Counted from the first letter of the stretch, positions 20,219 through 28,782 are shown. The stretch: 64,000 bases of DNA from Candidatus Woesearchaeota archaeon (GCA_018653365.1 JABIAG010000001.1:326951-390950), one strand, 5' to 3'. The notes: a model not told the origin generated them from the sequence alone. Translations and numbers: made by a program.

Positions 20219-20951
20219 CTTTATACTCCTTCAGGTTTTTTGACTTGATGAATGTCTTTAATTCTTCAAGATTATTATTGATAATTAAATCTTCAGTTAG
20301 TCCTAATTCTTCTTTAAACTCCTCTAGTGCTGAATCATCCCCAAGTTCGTGAAGAAAATGAGTATCTGAATTTACAATAACTTTCTTGTTATTCTTTTTA
20401 ACAATTTCAATTATTTTTTTAAATCCTTCTTTGGTTTTTTCACAATTTTCTTTTTTCATATAACTTATTTGAGAAAGATTAATTTCTAAAAGAATGTTTT
20501 TTTCACATGCCTTTTCAAAAACTGCTTCTAGATCAAAGTCATAAATTTGATAGTGTGGGTGAGTCATAATGTGAAAGGGGTATTTGTCTAAACATTTTAA
20601 GATTACTTCAGTATTCTTTTCTTTTCTTTGATCAACAAACCCGTTACCTGGATGTAACCCAACATTAAGGAGGTCTAATCTATTAATTGCTTTTTCATCT
20701 AAATCAATTGTGCCATCACTTTTGAAGTTGGCTTCTGCCCCCCATAATATATCTAACCCTTTTACTTTTCTTGGCGCTCTATGTAATACATAAAATCCTC
20801 CAAGTGAAAGCGAATTAGGAGTTAAAGGGCCATGTTCAGTAATTGCTAAAAGTTTTAAACCCTTTTTTATGGCTTCGTCAATAAGCTCGTAAGCACTAGC
20901 AAATGCATGTCCGCTTAATACTGAGTGGGTGTGTAAATCTGCTTTTAACAT
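20208..20951 (-). CDS. PHP-domain phosphoesterase (histidinol-phosphatase-like)
   Basis: N-terminal DLHTHS...HG metal-binding motifs. Embedded between gatC and gatA with overlapping ends. Confidence 0.7.
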   Translation of the reverse strand: MLKADLHTHSVLSGHAFASAYELIDEAIKKGLKLLAITEHGPLTPNSLSLGGFYVLHRAPRKVKGLDILWGAEANFKSDGTIDLDEKAINRLDLLNVGLHPGNGFVDQRKEKNTEVILKCLDKYPFHIMTHPHYQIYDFDLEAVFEKACEKNILLEINLSQISYMKKENCEKTKEGFKKIIEIVKKNNKKVIVNSDTHFLHELGDDSALEEFKEELGLTEDLIINNNLEELKTFIKSKNLKEYKDES

Positions 20952-20952
20952 T

Positions 20953-21237
20953 TTATACTGATTTTGGTCCTACAAAATATCCTCCTTGTTTATTCTTAGT
21001 TTGAGAAAGTGATTGTTCTTGGGTTAAACACTTTTTAGGAACGTCTTCACGTAACGCATTACCTAATTTAACTGGTTGAATAGACATCTTAACATTCTCA
21101 GTATTAACCTCTTCTATCTTAGAGAATGCCTCAAGAACATCACTTAAATCTTTTTTTAGCTTACCAATTTCTAAATTAGTTAGGTTTAATCTAGCAACTT
21201 TAGCTATGTTTTTAACAAGTTCTGTATCGAGTTCCAT
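20953..21237 (-). CDS. gatC: aspartyl/glutamyl-tRNA amidotransferase subunit C
   Basis: 94 aa. Position directly upstream of gatA/gatB. GatC-like helical N-terminus. Confidence 0.65.
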   Translation of the reverse strand: MELDTELVKNIAKVARLNLTNLEIGKLKKDLSDVLEAFSKIEEVNTENVKMSIQPVKLGNALREDVPKKCLTQEQSLSQTKNKQGGYFVGPKSV

Positions 21238-21271
21238 ATTGTTTGGGATAAGAAGTGTTATTTAAAAGTTT

Positions 21272-21550
21272 TTATGTTTGATCTTTATACTGATCATGTA
21301 AGTCCCGATAGTGACATACTGTATTAATATGCCAAAACAAACCATGAACAACGGCTAGAGTGCCGCCTGCTACAGTCGAAATATACGGAAGTACATCTTT
21401 AGCGAACTCAAGTTGTTTTGGCTCTTGAATCTGGTTGCCAAGAAAAAAACAACCCGCACCAACTAAAGCAACACCTGCAATGGTCTCAAGAAGACTTATA
21501 GCCAGGTTTCTTTCTACTCGTTCAGGAGGTAAAATGTCTGTATTTGCCAT
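21272..21550 (-). CDS. small membrane protein, hypothetical
   Basis: 92 aa, with 2 hydrophobic helices. Confidence 0.35.
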   Translation of the reverse strand: MANTDILPPERVERNLAISLLETIAGVALVGAGCFFLGNQIQEPKQLEFAKDVLPYISTVAGGTLAVVHGLFWHINTVCHYRDLHDQYKDQT

Positions 21551-21585
21551 ATGACTTTAGAATCGAAAGTAGTTTATAAAGATAA

Positions 21586-21945
21586 TTAGAATTCGTCTAA
21601 ATCTTCAATTTTTTTCAAATAACCTTTTTTCTTTAAGAAAACAACTTGAGTAGGGTTGTACTTGTAAATAATATCTCCTTTTTCATCCCCGCCAAATTCC
21701 CAGGGTTTGATAATAACAAAGTTTCCTTCACGAACCCATAAATGTTTTTTCAATCTACCGGGAATTCGACAAATACGATTATGACCATCTAAGCATCTTG
21801 CTTTAACTCTAGAAGCACCTAAACGTTGTTCAACTAAGCCAAAAGTTTCACCCTCTCGTGGAAGTTTGATCCTAACTGGTTGATCAGTAGGAGGGCCATG
21901 CCTCTTAAGATTCTTCTTTTGGGGCTTTTTAGCTTTTTTATACAT
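21586..21945 (-). CDS. eif1a: translation initiation factor aIF-1A
   Basis: S1/OB-fold core (GETFGLVEQRLGASRVKARCLDG...RGRLKKHLWVREGNFVII). The true start is probably the internal Met (MYKKAKK...). The 31-aa hydrophobic N-terminal extension in the ORF track looks spurious. Confidence 0.8.
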   Translation of the reverse strand: MYKKAKKPQKKNLKRHGPPTDQPVRIKLPREGETFGLVEQRLGASRVKARCLDGHNRICRIPGRLKKHLWVREGNFVIIKPWEFGGDEKGDIIYKYNPTQVVFLKKKGYLKKIEDLDEF

Positions 21946-22053
21946 TAAGCATAAAAAATTGTATACGTTATATAAGTGTTTCGTAAAAACTACTATAAAA
22001 AAATTTAAATAAGACCTAGTTAAAGTTAATATAATCACTTTGGGGGTGGTAAC

Positions 22054-22218
22054 ATGTCAATAGTAGTAAAAGCCAAAATAAAAGAAATCGCAGAAAATTT
22101 TAATGTAGCTGGTGATTTTGCAGATGCATTAGATAAGGTTGTAGTAGAATTAGTTAAGAAAGCAACAGAAAGAGCAGAATCAAATGGTCGAAGAACAGTG
22201 ATGGCTAAAGACTTATAA
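22054..22218 (+). CDS. small histone-fold-like protein (54 aa), not in the ORF track
   Basis: GGTGG Shine-Dalgarno sequence 5 nt upstream. Helix-loop-helix-loop-helix pattern, with a C-terminal GRRTVMAKDL that resembles archaeal histone GRKTIKAEDI. Lies antisense to the listed ORF 22035..22253. Confidence 0.4.
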   Translation: MSIVVKAKIKEIAENFNVAGDFADALDKVVVELVKKATERAESNGRRTVMAKDL

Positions 22219-22713
22219 AGAATTTTTAAGTCTTTTAATTCTTGCTTTAACAATTTTTAATTGTTCAGAACTAACATTTTTGTTTTTAGATAATGCAAGA
22301 TATTTATCTTCTAACAATTTAACTTTTTTACTATAAATGCCTTTGTTCTGAGAGGTACGTTTAGATTTCCTGGTGGAAGTTGAATCTTTATTCTTAACCA
22401 GTTCTTCTTTTAAAATTGAGATTTCATCTTCAATCAATATATTCTTTTTAGTTAACAAATTAATAACGTCTTTTAATTGTTGAACTCGACTAGAATCAAC
22501 CAAATTATTGCGTGCTAGGTCAGTTTCTTTTTGCATTGCATTTTGAATTAAATCAGGAAGTTTATCTAAACTTGTCTTAGTTGGACGATTCTTTATTTTA
22601 TTAATATGTGCTCGAAGAGCTAATCTTGCTTGTTCTCTAGCATGTAACCTGTTAGAGATAGCACCAATCTTCTTAAGAAATACCCTTGCTTTATCCAACC
22701 CTTTTCGATTCAT
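22213..22713 (-). CDS. K-rich coiled-coil protein, hypothetical
   Basis: 166 aa, heptad-like charged repeats. Confidence 0.35.
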   Translation of the reverse strand: MNRKGLDKARVFLKKIGAISNRLHAREQARLALRAHINKIKNRPTKTSLDKLPDLIQNAMQKETDLARNNLVDSSRVQQLKDVINLLTKKNILIEDEISILKEELVKNKDSTSTRKSKRTSQNKGIYSKKVKLLEDKYLALSKNKNVSSEQLKIVKARIKRLKNSL

Positions 22714-23201
22714 TATTTAAAGAACCCCTTCTTCTCTTTCATAGGAGGCGGAGGGGGCATATTGCCAGGTGGCGGAGGAAGTGAAGGTGCTGGAAAATCA
22801 TTGAAAATTGGTTCAGGTCCGGCCGGAATTCTAGGTTCGGGCATTGGAGGATTAATTGGTCTCTGTACTGGTCGAGGTTGTTTCTTAATAATATCCGCTA
22901 ATGCAAGAATGCCTTCAGCTATATCTCTATTTTGATCTTCTAAAACATTCATCTTGTCAATTACTGGTTGAACTTTTTCTTCAAAACTTTTCTCCTCAAT
23001 TTTGTCATGTTCAATTTCAGTTGCAGCAACTTCAAATAATTGGAATAATTTTTCTAAACTACTTGCTAAACGTTCTAGTGTGTTAGAAATTGCAAATGCT
23101 GGAGATCCAGCTTTCTCTTTTTTTAATCTTTCAATTTCGTCTTTAAGTTTCTTAACTTCTTTTAAAGGAATAATTTCGTAATCTTCATTCATGCATATCA
23201 C
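22713..23201 (-). CDS. coiled-coil protein with proline-rich C-terminus, hypothetical
   Basis: 162 aa. C-terminal PPPPGNMPPPPPM. Coupled by a 1-nt overlap to the downstream gene. Confidence 0.35.
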   Translation of the reverse strand: MICMNEDYEIIPLKEVKKLKDEIERLKKEKAGSPAFAISNTLERLASSLEKLFQLFEVAATEIEHDKIEEKSFEEKVQPVIDKMNVLEDQNRDIAEGILALADIIKKQPRPVQRPINPPMPEPRIPAGPEPIFNDFPAPSLPPPPGNMPPPPPMKEKKGFFK

Positions 23202-23257
23202 CCACTTTTATTAACTAAATCTTGAATTATGTAGTATTTAAATGTTGCGAAAAGAAA

Positions 23258-23353
23258 GCGGGCCCCACGAGATTCATGTCATCACTTCACTTCGTTTCGT
23301 TCTGGACGAATCTCTAAGTCCCTTAAAAGAATTTGGCGGGCCCCACGAGATTC
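23258..23353. repeat. 18-bp perfect direct repeat GCGGGCCCCACGAGATTC (copies at 23258-23275 and 23336-23353); the second copy is the 3' end of tRNA-Lys
   Basis: Both copies read directly from the sequence. att-core-like duplication of a tRNA 3' end, with 78-bp spacing. Confidence 0.7.
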
Positions 23354-23426
23354 GAACTCGCAACCTTCCGATTTCTTTTTTTAAAATTAAGAGTCGGATG
23401 CTCTAACCAGATTGAGCTAGAGGCCC
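23334..23426 (-). tRNA. tRNA-Lys (anticodon CUU) with an intron of about 15 nt at the canonical 37/38 position; CCA encoded
   Basis: Reverse complement folds as acceptor GGGCCUC/GGGGCCC, D-stem GCUC/GAGC, anticodon stem UCCGA/UCGGA with loop CUCUUAA interrupted by AUUUUAAAAAAAGAA, T-arm GCGAG-UUCGAAU-CUCGU, then GCCA. Confidence 0.8.
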
Positions 23427-23533
23427 ATAATTTGAGATGTTTTTCTGGCATTTAAATAACTTTTCATCAAACCCTTTTTCTAAAGTATATGTTCTAAACT
23501 ATAAATATTTAAAAACAAAACAAATAAAGAAAA

Positions 23534-23580
23534 ACACAACATCTTGTGGTTTGAAACTGTTAGAACACAACATGTTGTAG
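23534..23580 (+). promoter_or_regulatory. two tandem NrdR-box-like 16-bp palindromes (ACACAACATCTTGTGG at 23534-23549; ACACAACATGTTGTAG at 23565-23580), 31 bp start to start, upstream of nrdR-nrdD-nrdG
   Basis: Matches the bacterial NrdR box consensus acaCwAtATaTwGtgt. Spacing of about three helical turns, as in bacterial NrdR operators. Confidence 0.55.
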
Positions 23581-23690
23581 TAACTGTCCAGTAGGACAAA
23601 CCAATTACTTTCCTTGGGTGAGTCTTAGGAAACACATAAATTCGGTCTCTCGCGTCATGCGAGAACCATTAATTATTAAGGAGATAAAAG

Positions 23691-24137
23691 ATGCGATGCC
23701 CATACTGTTTAAGTGAAAATACGAAAGTTGTAGATAAAAGAGATAGTGAAAACTTTACTAAAAGAAGAAGAGAATGTCTAAAATGCAAAAAGAGATTTAC
23801 AACACACGAACGAGTAGAAAGTGTTGATATGATTGTAGTGAAAAAAGCGGGCGAAAGAGAACGTTACGATCGAGACAAAATAAAACGAGGATTAATTAGA
23901 GCATGCGAAAAAAGACAAATTACGCTGGAACAAATTGATGATACTTTAGATAAAATAGAAACCGAATTAAGAAAATCAAACTCTACAGAAATACCCTCTT
24001 CCAAAGTCGGTAATGTAGTAATCAAATATTTAAAAAGATTAGATAAAGTAGCATACATACGATTCGCATCAGTTTACAAAGATTTCAAAGATGTAGAAGA
24101 ATTTCAAGAAGAACTAAAAACACTATTAAAGAGGTAG
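23691..24137 (+). CDS. nrdR: transcriptional repressor NrdR (zinc ribbon + ATP-cone)
   Basis: N-terminal MRCPYC...CLKC zinc ribbon, followed by an ATP-cone. 148 aa. Confidence 0.85.
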   Translation: MRCPYCLSENTKVVDKRDSENFTKRRRECLKCKKRFTTHERVESVDMIVVKKAGERERYDRDKIKRGLIRACEKRQITLEQIDDTLDKIETELRKSNSTEIPSSKVGNVVIKYLKRLDKVAYIRFASVYKDFKDVEEFQEELKTLLKR

Positions 24138-24144
24138 AGAAAAA

Positions 24145-27100
24145 ATGGCACCAGCACCACTAACAGTTGTAAAAAGAAAAAAACCCTGGGAAACAGAAAC
24201 TCGGGAAGAGGGTTATGATTCTGAAAGAATAATAGTTGCAATGCAATGCTCATTTCATGAAAAAGGAAAACAGGTTTCTGAAGACCAATTAAGAACAATG
24301 CTTCCAGCAATAGAAACAAGGTTAAAACCTACTAGAGCAGGAAAGGTGCACCGAGCTGCAATAGATCGAGCAGTAGTGGCGGTATTAAATGAATCTATGC
24401 ATGAAGAGGTGGCAGCGGAATATAAAAATTATGCAGAAACAAGATTAAAAGAATTACGAAGAATTAAAATCAAACCAGATGCAAAAGGATCAAACGCAAC
24501 AGATGCAATGTTATTAATTGAGAGTGCATCAAGTGGTACAGCATCACCTTTTGATAAGCATGCCATCTCAAAATATTTAAGAAGATCTGGCGCAGAAATG
24601 CCTGAACACCTAATTAAGAGCGTGGCAAGCGCGGTAGAAACCGATGTTCGAGAATGGATTAATGATGTTAAGGAAGATGGAGAAGTACTAGAATTAACTA
24701 CATCTGAAATACATGCACTTGCAACAGCAGAACTAATTAAACATGGAGTAAATCCTCAAGAACTTTTTGCTTCAAGAAACTTTGTGGTATCAAGAGAAAA
24801 TATAGATATGTTGATGGGCAGCAAATCTAATGAAAATGGAAATGTCAATTCAAACAATCCAGAAGCAGTTAATCTAGAAATTGCTGAATGGGTATTAAAA
24901 CGATGGGCACTGAGTTCCATATTTGAAAAAGATGTACGAACCGCACACGATGCTGGAGCAATGCATGTACATGATCTTGGGTATCCTCATAGGGTGTACT
25001 GTTCAGGACATTCACTAGAATATATAAAAAAATACGGACTAAGAGACCTACAAAACTTATCAACAAGATCATCTCCTCCAAAACACGCAATAACCTTAGT
25101 TGGACACACATCAACATTCTTGGCATCAATGCAAGCATATTATGCAGGAGCGTTAGGGATGGCTTATGTGAATCTAGCTTTTGCACCATTTCTAGAAGGT
25201 ATGTCGAGAACAAATGTTGGAAGAGTAAAAGAGGAAGTATTGGCCGCTCTTGTAGGGGATCAGAGTTTGCATGGACGATTATCAAGCTATCTTGGTGCTG
25301 CTGAAGATTGGAAAAGAGTTTCTGGAGAGTTAGCTAATCGAAGTGTATCTGATTCAGATTTAGAAACAATAGTGGGTTCGGTTTCAACAAAATTAGAGGG
25401 TAAACCAGAACTAGAACAATTTATGACTTTAGTTAATGATTATCGAGACATGCGAAGACAGGCAAAAGAACTGAATGCAATGTTAACAGACCCAACTCTT
25501 GTTGGAAGTTTAATGGAAGATATTCTTGAACGATTTGAGGGCAATGACGTGTTATCAGACGAATTCCAACGATTAATGGTACAATATACTGACATGAAAC
25601 AAATAGCGCAAAATTTTGTTTTTACACTATCACAATGCGCATTCTCTAGAGGAAGTCAAACAATATTCACTGATGCAAACTTACATACTGGAGTGCCAAC
25701 TGCACTGAAAGATATACCTATAGTAGTTCCAGGGGGAAGATATAGATTAATAGATAAAGAAACTGGAGAGACTGAAGATTTGCGAGCAAGAAAAGAACCA
25801 ACAAGTAAAGATGGGTTCATATATACTGATTCCGAAGGAAATGTATTCTTAGATGGTGAAGGAAATTTTAATTACAAACTTGCAAAAGAACAAGGAAGAC
25901 GATTTGTAACTTATGGAGATTATGAAGAGACCTCACAAGAATTTCTAGAAGCATTACTTGATGTTTACATGGAGGGAGATGAAATAGGAATGATGTTCCC
26001 ATTCCCAAAATGTGACGTACATGTAGATGCCAATACCTTCAAACACGAAAGACAAAGACAACTATTAAGAAAAACATGTGAAGTGGCAGCTAAAAATTCA
26101 AGCGCATACTTTATCTTTGACAGAGATGCAGTAACCCTTGCTGCATGTTGCAGATTAAAAACTGCAGTAGACCCAAAAGCATTAGAACATCCCGAATCAT
26201 TAAGATTTTGTGGATTCCAAAACGTAACCATAAACGTTCCACAAGCATCATACCGAGCAGCAGAAGCTGGAAATTTAAATCTTGATGGAATTATTGATGA
26301 AGTTTTAGAAACCATGGAAACAGCACTTCAAGCTCATATCCAAAAAAGAGTAAAAACAGAAGAATTAATGCAACCAGGAGGACCATTGCACCAAATTGGA
26401 AAACCAAGCATGGATGGAAATCCTTATGTTGACTTAGATAAAGCAACATACATAGTTGGAATGATTGGAGTAAATGACGCTGTCAAATTATTGACTGATT
26501 CTGAATTGCATGAAAATGAGGAATCAATGCAGGCAGGATTAGAGATCATTGCTGCAATGTATCAAAAAGCAAAAGAGATGAGTGAAAGAACAGGATGGAA
26601 AATTTCCCTAGAAGAAAGTCCTGCAGAAAGTGCAGCAAGAAACTTAGCATTAAGAGACTTACGTCATCCTGTTTACGGAAAATACGCAAAACAGGTAATA
26701 CAAGGAACTGAAGAGGACCCATACTATACAAACTCTGTACACCTAAGAGCAGATGCAAAAGATGTAGGCCCAATAGAAAGAATACAAAAACAATCAATGT
26801 TCCACCCAGTAATAGAATCTGGGGCAATTATCCATTTATTCACGGGCGAAGCAGATATAGATCCAGATGCATTATATGATTTAGTACAAAATATTTACGA
26901 AAATACACAATGTGCACAAATAACTGTATCTGGAACACATTCATTCTGTCCAGGATGTGGAACCCAAACAAGAGGAGAAGCGTTTGAATGTCCAAGATGT
27001 GGGACAGAAACAGATGTAATGCAAAAAGTTGTTGGATACAATTCTAAAATGGTAAATTGGAATGGATCAAAACGAAGAGAATCAGAGGCAAGAGGAAGAG

Positions 27101-27591
27101 GAAGTTATGCTGCAGATGCATCTGAATGTATTGCAAAAGGAGACGATCTTGCTGAAGCATTAATACCCGGACAACCCGCAGTAAAAGCAGTAGTATATGG
27201 AATAAAACATCACCATCATTGTGACTGGTGTGAAGACCTGAATGATGCAGTAACCAAATTGGTAGGAAACAATTACAAAGGAAAAGTAGATGTAGAATTT
27301 GTAGATGTAACTGCACCAGGAGTAGAGGGAAGACAAAACTTAGCAAGAGCAATGCGAGCAGGTATAAATATGGGTACTACTCCCGGAGTGGGATTCGAAT
27401 ATAATACTGAAGGAATTCCTAGGCCCGTAGATACCGTGCGACCTTTAGAAACAGAAAGTCTTGTACGACAAAATAGAGAAACTGGACACTTAGATGTGAA
27501 ATATAAATTTCTAGACAAAGCCGGAGCTCCAAAAGTAAGAAAAGCACTTGACGCGGTTCTTGCAGAAGCAGAAAGATATCTCACAACATAA
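24145..27591 (+). CDS. nrdD: anaerobic ribonucleoside-triphosphate reductase (class III, NrdD) with a C-terminal thioredoxin/NrdH-like extension
   Basis: Zn site CPGCG...CPRCG. Glycyl-radical motif KVVGYNSKMVNWNGSKRRE (RxxGY...N.GK..E). An extra C-terminal domain of about 180 aa carries HHHHCDWC, then a TPGV cis-Pro-like motif. Confidence 0.8.
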   Translation: MAPAPLTVVKRKKPWETETREEGYDSERIIVAMQCSFHEKGKQVSEDQLRTMLPAIETRLKPTRAGKVHRAAIDRAVVAVLNESMHEEVAAEYKNYAETRLKELRRIKIKPDAKGSNATDAMLLIESASSGTASPFDKHAISKYLRRSGAEMPEHLIKSVASAVETDVREWINDVKEDGEVLELTTSEIHALATAELIKHGVNPQELFASRNFVVSRENIDMLMGSKSNENGNVNSNNPEAVNLEIAEWVLKRWALSSIFEKDVRTAHDAGAMHVHDLGYPHRVYCSGHSLEYIKKYGLRDLQNLSTRSSPPKHAITLVGHTSTFLASMQAYYAGALGMAYVNLAFAPFLEGMSRTNVGRVKEEVLAALVGDQSLHGRLSSYLGAAEDWKRVSGELANRSVSDSDLETIVGSVSTKLEGKPELEQFMTLVNDYRDMRRQAKELNAMLTDPTLVGSLMEDILERFEGNDVLSDEFQRLMVQYTDMKQIAQNFVFTLSQCAFSRGSQTIFTDANLHTGVPTALKDIPIVVPGGRYRLIDKETGETEDLRARKEPTSKDGFIYTDSEGNVFLDGEGNFNYKLAKEQGRRFVTYGDYEETSQEFLEALLDVYMEGDEIGMMFPFPKCDVHVDANTFKHERQRQLLRKTCEVAAKNSSAYFIFDRDAVTLAACCRLKTAVDPKALEHPESLRFCGFQNVTINVPQASYRAAEAGNLNLDGIIDEVLETMETALQAHIQKRVKTEELMQPGGPLHQIGKPSMDGNPYVDLDKATYIVGMIGVNDAVKLLTDSELHENEESMQAGLEIIAAMYQKAKEMSERTGWKISLEESPAESAARNLALRDLRHPVYGKYAKQVIQGTEEDPYYTNSVHLRADAKDVGPIERIQKQSMFHPVIESGAIIHLFTGEADIDPDALYDLVQNIYENTQCAQITVSGTHSFCPGCGTQTRGEAFECPRCGTETDVMQKVVGYNSKMVNWNGSKRRESEARGRGSYAADASECIAKGDDLAEALIPGQPAVKAVVYGIKHHHHCDWCEDLNDAVTKLVGNNYKGKVDVEFVDVTAPGVEGRQNLARAMRAGINMGTTPGVGFEYNTEGIPRPVDTVRPLETESLVRQNRETGHLDVKYKFLDKAGAPKVRKALDAVLAEAERYLTT

Positions 27592-27592
27592 A

Positions 27593-28315
27593 ATGAATTT
27601 TGGTAACATATCTTCATCAGTGGATTTAGTCAGTTTCAGTAATGCAGAAGAACCCACAACAGTTCTATTTTATCAGGGATGCAATTTTGGGTGCGGGTAT
27701 TGTCATAATAGCAACTTATGGCATGCCGAGGACGATACGCTAACTGAAAAAGGATTAAACGCAGTACTTTCAACTGCAAGAAGCAGATGGGTAAAGCTCG
27801 TGAACGTTTCTGGGGGAGAGCCAACAGAACAATTTGGTAATTTATGGGATCTAACTGGTTATTTGAAACAACAAGGTTTTAAAGTAAAACTTGATACAAA
27901 CGGAAGTCATCCCGAAGTTCTAGAAACCTTACTTGAATATGCTTTAGTAGATTATGCTGCGATGGACATTAAAGGAACACTGGCACAGTATCCAGAAATA
28001 ACTGGGTTTAGTGATGTTGAAAAAATAAGAAACTCAATAGAGTTAGTACAATTTATGGGCAATCAAGGATTTGGTTACGAATTCAGAACAACAGCAGTTC
28101 CTGGCATTCATGGTGAATCGGAAATAAGGGAGATTGGGGAGATGTTACGCGGATCAAGAAGATATGCAATACAACAATTCAGACCTGATCTAGATGGGGG
28201 ATGCTTAAACCCCCAATTTTGCAAGAAAGAATCCTATCCTGGTGAAACATTAAGAGAGTTTGCAGAAGTAGTAAAAGACGATTTTGAAACAGTAATAGTT
28301 AGAGCAAGAGATTAG
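27593..28315 (+). CDS. nrdG: anaerobic RNR activating enzyme NrdG (radical SAM)
   Basis: CNFGCGYC (CxxxCxxC) motif. Start taken at the ATG immediately after the nrdD stop (the ORF track start 27548 overlaps nrdD). Confidence 0.85.
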   Translation: MNFGNISSSVDLVSFSNAEEPTTVLFYQGCNFGCGYCHNSNLWHAEDDTLTEKGLNAVLSTARSRWVKLVNVSGGEPTEQFGNLWDLTGYLKQQGFKVKLDTNGSHPEVLETLLEYALVDYAAMDIKGTLAQYPEITGFSDVEKIRNSIELVQFMGNQGFGYEFRTTAVPGIHGESEIREIGEMLRGSRRYAIQQFRPDLDGGCLNPQFCKKESYPGETLREFAEVVKDDFETVIVRARD

Positions 28316-28656
28316 AAAACACTTAAAGAACTAGTAATATCATCAATTTTTTCTTCTTTATCAGGACCAATACCCATACAGGTTTCAGTACCTGCTGGAA
28401 CCTCAGTTAAGCCTGCATCACTAATCACACAAGTCTTCAAACCAGCATCTTTAGCAGCTTGTTCATACTTATGAAGTTCACCATCATTTTTAACTTTAAG
28501 AACAACTTTTTTAGCACCAAAACTGTTCCACTCTCGAACAAGATCATTATCTGACTTCATAACACAATTAACAGCAGCATGAGCTACCTGAGCAGCCATT
28601 TTACCCGCAGACAATTTAATGTCTGTTCTTACCAAAATCACTTGTTTTAGTTCCAT
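28312..28656 (-). CDS. pth2: peptidyl-tRNA hydrolase, archaeal/eukaryotic type (Pth2)
   Basis: 114 aa, with the MELKQVILVRTDIKLSAGKMAAQVAHAA... Pth2 signature. Confidence 0.8.
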   Translation of the reverse strand: MELKQVILVRTDIKLSAGKMAAQVAHAAVNCVMKSDNDLVREWNSFGAKKVVLKVKNDGELHKYEQAAKDAGLKTCVISDAGLTEVPAGTETCMGIGPDKEEKIDDITSSLSVF

Positions 28657-28782
28657 AAAGCTATAGGTTTGAAAATGTATTTTTAAAGGTTTTTATTAAA
28701 AAGACAAATTATTGAGTTATTGACGTTTAACATATACTGTAAATTAGAAAGTTTTTTAAATAAACTCAAAAGGTAAATAGGT

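Noticed and set aside
21945-22038. 31-aa hydrophobic N-terminal extension on the aIF-1A ORF
   Set aside because: An internal Met followed by the K-rich aIF-1A N-terminus gives the canonical length. The extension has no counterpart in the family.
23258-23426. Possibility that an integrated mobile element currently sits at tRNA-Lys
   Set aside because: The two att-like repeat copies are only 78 bp apart, with no integrase or cargo between them. At most this is a scar, kept as a finding but not called as a mobile_element feature.
24869-27617. Several 90-140-aa minus-strand ORFs inside nrdD (24869-25285, 25965-26315, 26546-26827, 27044-27352, 27273-27617)
   Set aside because: All are antisense to a long ORF with strong NrdD motifs. 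Their products are Leu/His-rich and low-complexity.
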